A stretch of 64,000 nt of DNA, taken from the NCBI GenBank assembly GCA_965603595.1, contig CBFDDP010000002.1, forward strand, positions 847 to 64,846, given 5' to 3'. Source of the stretch: an uncultured bacterium (GTDB taxonomy: Bacteria > Spirochaetota > B62-G9 > DRHN01). Positions 47,613 through 56,665 of the stretch are shown piece after piece (within the stretch, counting starts at the first letter, position 1; each line of letters starts with the position of its first letter). A model generated the notes under the pieces. The model saw nothing but the letters and a program-made list of their open reading frames with translations. It ran no database searches and had not been told where the DNA came from. Made by a program: the position numbers and the translations under genes.

Positions 47613-50049
47613 AACGGACCCAATGAAAGACCTGTTCAGAGAAGAGGCCATTACCGCCATGCGTGAGGAGATCCGCAGTTCCCGAGGGCAGGAAGTTCTT
47701 TTCTTCGGGTGGATGGATTTTCAAAACAGGGTAGACCGGGTGGAGGTTATTGCCCGGGGCAACGATGAAAGCGTGGGGCTTCCGCTCGAGAGGAGCTATC
47801 TTCCCGATGTCATCATACACAACCATCCCGCTGACAGTGTGACACCCTCCGAGCAGGATATCCGCATATCCTCTCACCTTGCCGACCGCGGTGTGGGGTT
47901 CGTCATCGTCAATAGCTCCTGCAGCGATGCATACGTGGTCGTGGAGCCTGTGGAGAAAAGGGAGCGTACGCCTCTTGACGCAGATGAACTCGCCGCATGG
48001 GTCACAGAAGGCGGCCCCTTCAGCTCTGCTCTGGAAAACTTCGAAGAGCGTGAAGGCCAGAAGGAGATGATCGCACACATATGTGATGCCTTTAACGGGG
48101 ATGCAAGGGCCTTAATAGAGGCAGGAACCGGCATCGGCAAATCGCTCGCCTATCTTATACCCGCGGTCCACTGGTCGCTGACCAATAATGAGAAGGTTGT
48201 TATCTCCACCAATACAATTAATCTGCAGGAGCAGCTGCTCTACAAGGACATACCTGACCTACACTCTGTGATGGACGAGGATTTTTCCTATATCCTTATG
48301 AAGGGACGGGGCAACTACATCTGCTTCAACAGGCTGGACGAGGCGCGTCAGGATCTCTTCTCTCTCATCGATGAGGAGGAACTGCATCAGTTCAATGCAA
48401 TTGTGGACTGGCTGAACACAGCCGAAGAGGAGAGCCTCTCACATCTCCCCTTCATTCCCAAACCCTCCCTCTGGGAAAAGATCAATTCGCAGTCCGGTAC
48501 CTGTGTCGGTGGCAGATGCGCGTATTTCAGTAGATGCCCGGTCAACAGGATCAGGCGGGATGCAGCGCGGGCACATGTTCTCGTTACCAACCACCATTAC
48601 CTGCTGGCCGACGCGCAGCTTGGCGAGGGCAGTGCGTCTCTTCTCCCCTCCTACAGGCGGGTCATTTTCGATGAGGCGCACAACCTGGAGGATTCGGCAA
48701 CTTCCTTTTTTACGAGAATGGTGAAACTCTCCTCGACCTTAAAACTGATGGGCCGTATCTATTCCGGGGCACGGAAGAGCAGGGGATATCTGGTATTTCT
48801 TCAGAAGAAAAAAAGCCTCTCCGACAGTGATACGTTGAAGCGCCTCATGGCTGCCACGGTGGAGGTACGCTCCCTCCTGTTTGACATGTTTGAGAAGCTG
48901 GGGGAGTTTTTCTCGCTCCATACACCGTCAAGCGGAAATGATCGAAGACCCGTGATCGAGATCAACGAGGAGGTAAAAAACAACCCTTACTGGACGCAGG
49001 ATCTTCTCCCGTCCATAGGCCGCTTCTACAGGGGATGCACACAGCTTGCCGGCGACCTGGTCGATCTGCGTCAGATGCTCGATACGAAAACCGATGACAT
49101 GGCCGGACGACAGGTGGACGGTCTCGTTATGGGCCTCATGGAGGCAGCCCATACAATCGATTTTTTCCTCGGCGAGGGCGAAGAGCGATACGTACGGTGG
49201 ATTGAGAAAAAGGCTGAGATAGGGATGGTGGTTGCCCCTGTAGAAATCGGGGATTCATTGCAGGATCTGGTATTTCACAGAATGCGAAGTGCCATTCTGA
49301 CCTCAGCGACTCTCACCGTCGGAGGTAGTTTCCAATTCCTGAAGGACAGGCTTTCTATGGAGGGGACCGATATTGAGGTAAGCATTCCGTCCTCATTCGA
49401 GTATAACCGTCAGATGAAGGTGCTCATTCCCAGCGATGTGGCAGAGCCCGGACATCCCCGCTGTGCAGATGACATCAGCAGGGCAATTCTGGGTATCCTG
49501 CAGAGGACCCGGGGAAGGGCATTTGTGCTTTTTACGTCCTACAAGATGCTCGAGGTCACCCACAACATGATCGGTGATGCCCTGAGAGATATGGGATGCA
49601 CGGTATTCAGGCAGGGGTCGGACTCCAGGAGAAATCTCCTCGATCATTTCAAGGCTGATATACACTCCGTTCTCTTTGGAACCGTGAGTTTCTGGGAGGG
49701 GGTCGATGCCCCCGGTCGTACACTCGAGTGTGTTATCATTACGAAACTTCCTTTCAAAGTACCGACCGAACCGATCATCAAGGCCCGTTCGGGGAAGATA
49801 CTTCAGCAGGGCGGCAATCCCTTTCTCGATTATCAGGTTCCCCTTGCCGTGATCAAGCTGCGGCAGGGGGTCGGCCGTTTGATCAGAAACCGCAGTGACC
49901 GGGGAATTATTGTCATACTGGACCCCCGAATTCTTCTCAAGAAATACGGTTCTATCTTTCTCGATTCCATTCCCACCTCCAACGTATTTCAGGGAACACT
50001 GCAGGGCGTTCTCGAGCAGACTGAAGGCTTCATCGGCATTACTCCTTGA
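47599..50049 (+). CDS. dinG: DinG/Rad3-family Fe-S DNA helicase with an N-terminal RadC-like JAB/MPN domain.
   Basis: The N-terminal HNHPADSVTPSEQD fits the RadC/JAMM HxHx7Sx2D motif. Walker A GTGIGKS, DEAH box DEAH, and an Fe-S Cys cluster (C..CVGGRC..C). 816 aa. Confidence 0.8.
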   Translation: MSSPETDPMKDLFREEAITAMREEIRSSRGQEVLFFGWMDFQNRVDRVEVIARGNDESVGLPLERSYLPDVIIHNHPADSVTPSEQDIRISSHLADRGVGFVIVNSSCSDAYVVVEPVEKRERTPLDADELAAWVTEGGPFSSALENFEEREGQKEMIAHICDAFNGDARALIEAGTGIGKSLAYLIPAVHWSLTNNEKVVISTNTINLQEQLLYKDIPDLHSVMDEDFSYILMKGRGNYICFNRLDEARQDLFSLIDEEELHQFNAIVDWLNTAEEESLSHLPFIPKPSLWEKINSQSGTCVGGRCAYFSRCPVNRIRRDAARAHVLVTNHHYLLADAQLGEGSASLLPSYRRVIFDEAHNLEDSATSFFTRMVKLSSTLKLMGRIYSGARKSRGYLVFLQKKKSLSDSDTLKRLMAATVEVRSLLFDMFEKLGEFFSLHTPSSGNDRRPVIEINEEVKNNPYWTQDLLPSIGRFYRGCTQLAGDLVDLRQMLDTKTDDMAGRQVDGLVMGLMEAAHTIDFFLGEGEERYVRWIEKKAEIGMVVAPVEIGDSLQDLVFHRMRSAILTSATLTVGGSFQFLKDRLSMEGTDIEVSIPSSFEYNRQMKVLIPSDVAEPGHPRCADDISRAILGILQRTRGRAFVLFTSYKMLEVTHNMIGDALRDMGCTVFRQGSDSRRNLLDHFKADIHSVLFGTVSFWEGVDAPGRTLECVIITKLPFKVPTEPIIKARSGKILQQGGNPFLDYQVPLAVIKLRQGVGRLIRNRSDRGIIVILDPRILLKKYGSIFLDSIPTSNVFQGTLQGVLEQTEGFIGITP

Positions 50050-50097
50050 CAATTTAGCATTTATCCATACTATATAGATCGAAGTGAACTCGCCGAC

Positions 50098-52008
50098 ATG
50101 AGGATCCAGCCCTTGGGCAATTTCTATATTACTACACCTATCTACTATGTGAACGATGAGCCTCATATAGGGCATGCCTACTCCACCATACTTGCAGATG
50201 TTCTGTCGCGATATCACCGTCTTTTCGGGGAAGAGGTGTTCTTCTCCACCGGTACAGATGAGCACGGGCAGAAGGTGAAGGAGGCTGCTGAGCGGAGGAA
50301 CATCACCCCTAAGGAACACGTTGACGAGATGGTGACCAGGTTTCTGAAACTCTGGAAGAAGCTGGACATCAGCTATTCCCGCTTTATACGCACAACCGAG
50401 AGACGCCATCAGTTCGTGGTCCAGAGTATGCTTACCTATCTCTATGAGCGCGGAGATATATACTTCGACACCTACGTGGGCAGGTACTGCGTTTCAGAGG
50501 AGCGTTTTTTCACTGAAAAGGACCTTGTCGAGGGTTTCTGTCCCTCCTGCGGCGGTGAGGTCATCACCATCGAGGAGAAGAACTATTTCTTCAAACTTGC
50601 AAAGTACCGGGACTGGCTCACCGATTATATTAAATCCCATGCTGATTTTATTAAGCCCAGAACGAGAAAGAACGAGATACTGGGTTTTCTCAAGAACGGG
50701 CTCACAGATCTCTGCATATCCCGTCCCAAGCAGAGAATGGACTGGGGTATTGAGATCCCCTTTGACAAGAAATTCGTCACCTATGTGTGGTTCGATGCGC
50801 TCATCAACTACGTCAGCAATATCGGCGTGTACAGGGACAACATCTCCTTTCAGAAATGGTGGCCCTGCAATGTACACCTGATCGGCAAGGACATTGTAAC
50901 GACCCATGCTGTGTACTGGCCCATTATGCTCAAGTCCGGTGGTTTCGAGCTTCCTGAAACGATCTTTGCCCATGGCTGGTGGCTGCTCCAGGATGAGAAG
51001 ATGAGCAAGTCAAGGGGCAATGTGGTGAAGCCCATCAAACTCATCGATAGGTACGGACCTGAGTCCTTCCGGTACGTGCTCATGAAGAACATGAGCCTCG
51101 GCTCGGATGCAAGCTTTTCAGAAGAGCTCATGCAGAGTACCATCAATACCGATTTGGCCAATGATTATGGAAACCTGCTCTCCCGCATATTGAAGATGGT
51201 CCACAAGTATTTCGATGGCGTAGTCCCCGAACCTGCCCGGACAGAAGAGCGTTTCGTGAAGAAGGTTGGGTCACTACACAAAAGTGTGAAAAACAATATT
51301 GAAAAGTTGGAGCTGAACAAGGCAATAGATTCCATACTCAATTTTGTAAAATTGATCAATAAGTATATCGAAGACAAGGCGCCCTGGGAGCTGCAGAAGA
51401 ACGGAAAGATTGATGCGTTAAAAACAGTGATGTACACGGCCCTGGAGGCCTTCAGGATCGCCACGCTGTATCTGGCACCCATAATCGTGAAGAAGGCGGA
51501 TGAAGCCCTCTCGCTCATCGGCGGGGAGGCATCAGCCCGTACAGATAAGACAAACGGGGATCCGGAGAGGCTTGCTTGGGGAAAACTCGAGCCGGGGAAA
51601 AAGGTAGGTGAAACCGGGGGGCTGTTCCCCAGGATTCTGGTTGAACCCTCTCGAAAGAAAGGAAAAGAGATGGCAAAGGATGACGGGAGAATCGACATCG
51701 ATTACCTGAAAGAGGTCGATCTCAGAATCGGCACGGTACTTGAGGCTGAAAAAGTCGCTAAATCAAAAAAACTGCTAAGGCTGACTGTGGATATTGGGAA
51801 GGAGAAACGAAACCTCGTAGCCGGTGTTGCCGAGTACTATAAACCGGCTGAGTTGATTGGAAAACAGATTGTCATCGTTGCAAACCTGAAGCCGACAACC
51901 ATTATGGGCATTGAATCCAATGGCATGCTCCTTGCCGCATCAAAGGGGAAAAAGCTTACCGTTCTGAGTGTGGACAGGGAAATCGATCCTGGAAGCGCGG
52001 TAAGCTGA
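50098..52008 (+). CDS. metG: Methionine--tRNA ligase with a C-terminal EMAP/Trbp111-type tRNA-binding domain.
   Basis: HIGH (HIGHAYS), KMSKS, a zinc knuckle (CPSCGGE) and a C-terminal OB domain. Confidence 0.9.
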   Translation: MRIQPLGNFYITTPIYYVNDEPHIGHAYSTILADVLSRYHRLFGEEVFFSTGTDEHGQKVKEAAERRNITPKEHVDEMVTRFLKLWKKLDISYSRFIRTTERRHQFVVQSMLTYLYERGDIYFDTYVGRYCVSEERFFTEKDLVEGFCPSCGGEVITIEEKNYFFKLAKYRDWLTDYIKSHADFIKPRTRKNEILGFLKNGLTDLCISRPKQRMDWGIEIPFDKKFVTYVWFDALINYVSNIGVYRDNISFQKWWPCNVHLIGKDIVTTHAVYWPIMLKSGGFELPETIFAHGWWLLQDEKMSKSRGNVVKPIKLIDRYGPESFRYVLMKNMSLGSDASFSEELMQSTINTDLANDYGNLLSRILKMVHKYFDGVVPEPARTEERFVKKVGSLHKSVKNNIEKLELNKAIDSILNFVKLINKYIEDKAPWELQKNGKIDALKTVMYTALEAFRIATLYLAPIIVKKADEALSLIGGEASARTDKTNGDPERLAWGKLEPGKKVGETGGLFPRILVEPSRKKGKEMAKDDGRIDIDYLKEVDLRIGTVLEAEKVAKSKKLLRLTVDIGKEKRNLVAGVAEYYKPAELIGKQIVIVANLKPTTIMGIESNGMLLAASKGKKLTVLSVDREIDPGSAVS

Positions 52009-52037
52009 CCATACCTCAATTTACATGACACTGCCAC

Positions 52038-52079
52038 ATGAAATGCAGACCCCGCCCCCAGGCAGGGCCTGCATTTCAT
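52038..52079 (+). promoter_or_regulatory. Perfect 11-bp inverted repeat ATGAAATGCAG / CTGCATTTCAT with a GC-rich 20-nt loop, downstream of metG.
   Basis: Read directly. There is no immediate U-tract; a T6 run follows about 20 nt later. Confidence 0.3.
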
Positions 52080-52178
52080 TAGCCACTTTCGGCATTGGGG
52101 TTATTTTTTACCATGTCTTTTGTGCCGATATATTAAGCAGGCAACATCCCTGAGTATGGGGATATCACATGCTACCCA

Positions 52179-53636
52179 GTGTGGAGCAGCTATATGAGAC
52201 GGGTACTCATTTACGGTGCCGGTGAAGCCGGCGAGATGGTCCTTGCGGAAATCAGGCGGCGTCCCGAGGAAAACATCGAGGTACAGGGGTTCATGGATGA
52301 TGACGCAGCCAAACTGGGGACCTCTCGGGGAAATGTACCCGTATATGGGGGCAGGAAAAACCTTCGAAAAGTGATTCGTGCACATGCCATAAACGAAGTA
52401 ATCATAGCCATGCCCTCCATAGCGAAAACTGCCATACGAGAAATTGTCCGTACCTGTAAACAGGAAAAGGTCAAACTCCTCATCGTTCCTTCGACGCGGG
52501 AAATCATCGAGGGGAATGTAAGCTATGAACAGATCAAGAGCATCCACCCCGCTGACCTGCTTGACAGGGAGGAGGTGCGCATCGAATCTGAAAAGATTCG
52601 GGGTTATGTCAGAGGGCGGGTGGTGCTCGTCACCGGTGCAGCCGGATCGATCGGTTCAGAGCTCGTAAAAAAACTTCTTACCTACGAGCCGGCGGAGCTG
52701 GTGCTTCTGGATATCAGTGAGAATGGACTCTTCTATCTCCTTCAGACCATCGGGGAAGGCGGTCCTAAGAAGGCCGGAGTTGTCAGAGCGAGGGTATCGG
52801 ACATCAAGAATGGCCCCATGATTGAAGAGATCTTCATGAAGCACAGGCCTGAAATCCTCTTTCATGCTGCCGCCTATAAACATGTACCGATCATGGAGGA
52901 CAATATCCGTATGATCTTTCTCAACAATGTGGTCGGGACAGCAAACCTCCTGCGGTTTGCGCTGTACTACGGCGTTGAACGGTTTATCGGTATTTCAACG
53001 GACAAGGCCGTGTGCCCGGTTTCCGTCATGGGAAAGACCAAACGTATTGGCGAGCTCCTCGTGAAGTGTTATGCCGCGAAGGGACTGAGGGCGAGCAGTG
53101 TACGGTTCGGCAATGTACTCGGTTCCAACGGCAGTGTCATAACGGTATTCAAGCGGCAGATCGAGCGCGGAGGTCCCGTAACTATCACCTCACCCGGAAT
53201 GGAACGCTACTTCATGACCGTCGATGAGGCAGTAAGCCTTGTCCTTCAGGCCGGAACCCTTGAAGGACGGGGAGACATCTATGTGCTCGAAATGGGAGAC
53301 CCCATTCGCATTCGCGACCTGGCGGAGAACCTGATAATTCTTTCAGGCTGCACACCCGCTGTGGATATGGAGATTCAATATACCGGTGTGCGCGCTGGAG
53401 AGAAGCTCACCGAAGAGCTCTTCCATAAAGGGGCAAAGGTCTCAGAGAGCCCTCACAGGGGCATATACATAGAGGAATGTAACCCTGACTGCAGCGGGCT
53501 CGTTAAGCTTGTCCAAAGTACAGAGAAAGAGATACATCTCCTGGAAGAGCATGCATTGAACGGGATCATGGACAGTATAATCGGAAGCAGCTTGCCACTT
53601 CTCCATCCTCCATCGCTTCAACATAAAAATCCCTGA
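52179..53636 (+). CDS. Polysaccharide biosynthesis protein of the CapD/WbpM/PglF type (NDP-sugar 4,6-dehydratase / epimerase, SDR family).
   Basis: Rossmann motif TGAAGSIG and a YxxxK catalytic pair (AAYKH). CapD-like overall. Confidence 0.8.
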   Translation: MWSSYMRRVLIYGAGEAGEMVLAEIRRRPEENIEVQGFMDDDAAKLGTSRGNVPVYGGRKNLRKVIRAHAINEVIIAMPSIAKTAIREIVRTCKQEKVKLLIVPSTREIIEGNVSYEQIKSIHPADLLDREEVRIESEKIRGYVRGRVVLVTGAAGSIGSELVKKLLTYEPAELVLLDISENGLFYLLQTIGEGGPKKAGVVRARVSDIKNGPMIEEIFMKHRPEILFHAAAYKHVPIMEDNIRMIFLNNVVGTANLLRFALYYGVERFIGISTDKAVCPVSVMGKTKRIGELLVKCYAAKGLRASSVRFGNVLGSNGSVITVFKRQIERGGPVTITSPGMERYFMTVDEAVSLVLQAGTLEGRGDIYVLEMGDPIRIRDLAENLIILSGCTPAVDMEIQYTGVRAGEKLTEELFHKGAKVSESPHRGIYIEECNPDCSGLVKLVQSTEKEIHLLEEHALNGIMDSIIGSSLPLLHPPSLQHKNP

Positions 53637-53698
53637 AAAAGTATTGACAAATAGGCATCTTTCGTTAGTCTTTAGTATAGAGTACCCTGGAGCATAAT

Positions 53699-53929
53699 AT
53701 GGACTTTCCTGAGGAACACGGGGACCCTGAGGTTTCTAGTGATGTAGAAGAATCGGAAGATCTCGACACTGAACCCTGCATCAACAAGACTTTCGTTTGT
53801 GAGGATTGTGACTTCCGCTGGCAGGAAAAGATATATCCGGAAAGAAACGACTTTCCGGACTACGAGGACGAGCTCGGCGGTGTCCATGCCTGTCCAATGT
53901 GTGGCTCTGTGAACGTCTCGTTCTATTAG
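53699..53929 (+). CDS. Small acidic zinc-ribbon protein (CxxC...CxxC).
   Basis: 76 aa with a very acidic N-terminus, CEDC at residues 44-47 and CPMC at residues 65-68. The end overlaps the miaB upstream region. Confidence 0.45.
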   Translation: MDFPEEHGDPEVSSDVEESEDLDTEPCINKTFVCEDCDFRWQEKIYPERNDFPDYEDELGGVHACPMCGSVNVSFY

Positions 53930-54042
53930 TTGTCTCTTACCTCCATTCATCAACTCTTCTGAAAACCACGCCCGTGTTTTTCATTCTGCCAGGATGGCAA
54001 AAGGGTATTATCATATGCGCAGTAATCAAACCTGTGCAATGG

Positions 54043-55371
54043 ATGAGCAGAATGGCCGCCACATATTTTATAGAAACATACGGATGTGAGATGAACAAGT
54101 CGGATTCAATCGACATCGCCCTCTCCTTCCAGGCAAGGGGATTTGAGGAGGCCTCCTGTGAGGATGATGCTGATGTTATCGTGCTCAACACCTGTTCGGT
54201 GCGCAGGCATGCAGAGGAGCGTGTCTTCGGCCGGCTGGGCTACTATCGCTCACTTTGTACCAGGCGCCGCGGAGAGCCTCTCATTGTGCTGGCAGGATGC
54301 ATGGCACAGGAGCAAAGCGATCGAATCAGGGAACTATTTCCCGAGATAAAGGTGGTGGCCGGAACCTATCACTATATGCATATCCCCGATGCAGTCCGGA
54401 AGTACAGCCGAACCGGAAACCCTGTGGTACTGACAGACAGGGAGCAGTACGATTTTTCCCCCTTCAAAGGTTCGAGAGCAGAGGGGCACAGCGCATGGGT
54501 CAACATCATCATGGGGTGCAGCAATTACTGCAGCTACTGCATTGTCCCCCATCTGCGCGGTCCAGAGAAGAGTAAACCTGCTGGAGCGGTGATCGATGAA
54601 GTGCGCCAGCTGGCCGATCGGGGGGTGGTGGAAATAACACTGCTGGGCCAGAATGTCAATGCATACGGAAGAGACAGCGGCGATATAAGCTTTACAGACC
54701 TACTTGAAAGGATCAATGATATTGAGGGCATTCAGTGGATTCGCTTCCTCACCTCCCATCCAAGAGACTTCGACCATGACATCGTCAGGCGTATAGCCGG
54801 GCTTGAGAAGGTCTGCAGTCATGTGCATCTTCCTCTGCAAAGCGGTTCGGACAGGATACTTTCGTTGATGAACCGGCAGTATACGCTGGACCATTACCGG
54901 TCGATTGTGGATGCAATCCGCACTCATTTTTCCGATGCGGCGATTATCACAGACCTCATCGTCGGATTTCCCACTGAGTCTGATGAAGATTTTTCCATGA
55001 CCCTCGATGTGGTGCGTGAAATACGCTACGATGATGCCTTCACCTATCGCTATTCATCCCGCCCCTTTACGAGGGCGTCGGCGCTTCCGACCTCCTCCGA
55101 TACTGCTGCTGCTGCAGGTCGGCGGCTTGAAGAACTGATTGAACTGCAGCGAAGTATCTCCCATCAGAGAAATGAGGATGAGATAGGTAAGCGCGTCACC
55201 GTTTTGATTGAGCGTGAGAGCAAGAAGAATAGTTCTGAAATGCTGTGCAAGACTGAGAAAAACAAGATGGTGGTTGTTCCTACCGATATGGGGCCGGGTA
55301 GATTCATCGATGTGGAGATAGAAAGTGTTTCCGGAAACACCCTGCGCGCCCGTGAAGTGCGCGCAGTCTGA
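54043..55371 (+). CDS. miaB: tRNA-i6A37 methylthiotransferase MiaB (radical SAM).
   Basis: N-terminal MTTase Cys (YGCEMN, NTCSVR), radical-SAM CxxxCxxC (CSNYCSYC) and a TRAM domain. The ATG at 54043 was chosen within the longer ORF. Confidence 0.85.
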   Translation: MSRMAATYFIETYGCEMNKSDSIDIALSFQARGFEEASCEDDADVIVLNTCSVRRHAEERVFGRLGYYRSLCTRRRGEPLIVLAGCMAQEQSDRIRELFPEIKVVAGTYHYMHIPDAVRKYSRTGNPVVLTDREQYDFSPFKGSRAEGHSAWVNIIMGCSNYCSYCIVPHLRGPEKSKPAGAVIDEVRQLADRGVVEITLLGQNVNAYGRDSGDISFTDLLERINDIEGIQWIRFLTSHPRDFDHDIVRRIAGLEKVCSHVHLPLQSGSDRILSLMNRQYTLDHYRSIVDAIRTHFSDAAIITDLIVGFPTESDEDFSMTLDVVREIRYDDAFTYRYSSRPFTRASALPTSSDTAAAAGRRLEELIELQRSISHQRNEDEIGKRVTVLIERESKKNSSEMLCKTEKNKMVVVPTDMGPGRFIDVEIESVSGNTLRAREVRAV

Positions 55372-55416
55372 GCTGCAGTCTTCGGTACGAGAGGGAAGAT
55401 TTTTAGGAGGTATGGC

Positions 55417-56664
55417 ATGATGCGGCCGCATGGGGCATATCTGTGTATATCTCTACTCTTCTGCACACTCCTCTTTCCCTCCTATGCCATCCGCATGCAT
55501 GCCGAAGACGGTGGCCAGGTTCACCGCATGAGGTTTTTACCCCATGACATTGCCAACTCATACTTTCCATCCGGTGATGATTATATGATTCCCGTGGACA
55601 GGAAGACAGAAACCCTCATCGAGCGCGCCCAGGACTACGAATCCACAGGTAACTACCGCCAGGCCCTGAGATATTATTCCATGGCATACAGGAGGGCGGC
55701 AACCCCTGCGGCTCCCTATATAGGATTTAAACGGTGCACCATGGAGGAGCAGAGCGGGGATGCCACCCAATGCCTGAAAGATCTGATAGAAAATGCACCC
55801 GGCTTTCCTCTCATCGATGCTGTCCGATTCGAGCTCTCTTTCCGTCTTTTCCTGAAAGGTAGGTCCGCAGATGCACTGGAATATCTGTTCGCCATCGAGC
55901 AGAATGAGATGGGGGGAGCTATGATATTCACTCCCTCAGTGTACTACTTCTCCGGCATCATACTTGCGGACGATGGGGATCCTTCTGGAGCCCTCACTTT
56001 CTTTGCACAGGCGATTGAGTCTATGAACGCTACAGGCGGTGAAGAATATAGGGACATCTATCCTGGGCTCTATCTGGAGATTGCAAAATCTTTAATTGCT
56101 GTCGGGAGCTATGACCGGGCAGAGGATCTGCTCAAAGGTCTCTACGGTACCGCACCGCTGCTCATAGAGCAGTCCGAAGCGCTGTGGTACCTCGGCCAGG
56201 TCTACGCAGCGCAGACTCAATGGGATATGGCCCATGCCGTATATGCGGTGATCGTGACGCAGTATGCAGGCACCCCCTTTGCTCTGCTGGCACAGGCCGA
56301 ATTGGAAGGGATAGATGCTGACGGGTATGATACCCTGGCAGTACAGCCGGTGTATGATGAATCCCTCCTCACAGGCCGCCATGTGTATGGAGATGATGAG
56401 GCGGAAGACGTGGATGACTCAGCGGTGATCCGTGGAGGATATGCCCTGCAGCTTGGCTCTTTTTCCAGTGAAGGGAATGCTCAGAAGCTTGTCGGTCAGC
56501 TGCAAAATTTGGGTTATCCAGCCTTTCTTATTCAGGCACAGGTTGAGGATGTGGATTACTACAGGGTACGTGTGGGCTACTACTCCACAAAAGAAGAAGC
56601 CCGTACAGTCCTGAATGATCTTCAGGATCGGGGCTTCAACGGATTTATCATAGGGGATCAGTGA
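55417..56664 (+). CDS. TPR-repeat protein with a C-terminal SPOR (septal peptidoglycan-binding) domain and a signal peptide.
   Basis: Signal sequence, then TPR-like helical repeats. The C-terminus GYALQLGSFSSEGNAQKLVGQLQNLGYPAFL...YYRVRVGYYSTKEEA is the SPOR pattern. An AGGAGG RBS lies upstream. Confidence 0.65.
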   Translation: MMRPHGAYLCISLLFCTLLFPSYAIRMHAEDGGQVHRMRFLPHDIANSYFPSGDDYMIPVDRKTETLIERAQDYESTGNYRQALRYYSMAYRRAATPAAPYIGFKRCTMEEQSGDATQCLKDLIENAPGFPLIDAVRFELSFRLFLKGRSADALEYLFAIEQNEMGGAMIFTPSVYYFSGIILADDGDPSGALTFFAQAIESMNATGGEEYRDIYPGLYLEIAKSLIAVGSYDRAEDLLKGLYGTAPLLIEQSEALWYLGQVYAAQTQWDMAHAVYAVIVTQYAGTPFALLAQAELEGIDADGYDTLAVQPVYDESLLTGRHVYGDDEAEDVDDSAVIRGGYALQLGSFSSEGNAQKLVGQLQNLGYPAFLIQAQVEDVDYYRVRVGYYSTKEEARTVLNDLQDRGFNGFIIGDQ

Positions 56665-56665
56665 T

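Noticed and set aside
52009-52178. Looked for T-box leaders before the aminoacyl-tRNA synthetase genes metG and asnS, and a tRNA-like structure after metG.
   Set aside because: No T-box consensus (AATTAGGGTGGNACCGCG) or specifier-loop architecture is present. The 52038-52079 element is a simple perfect hairpin.
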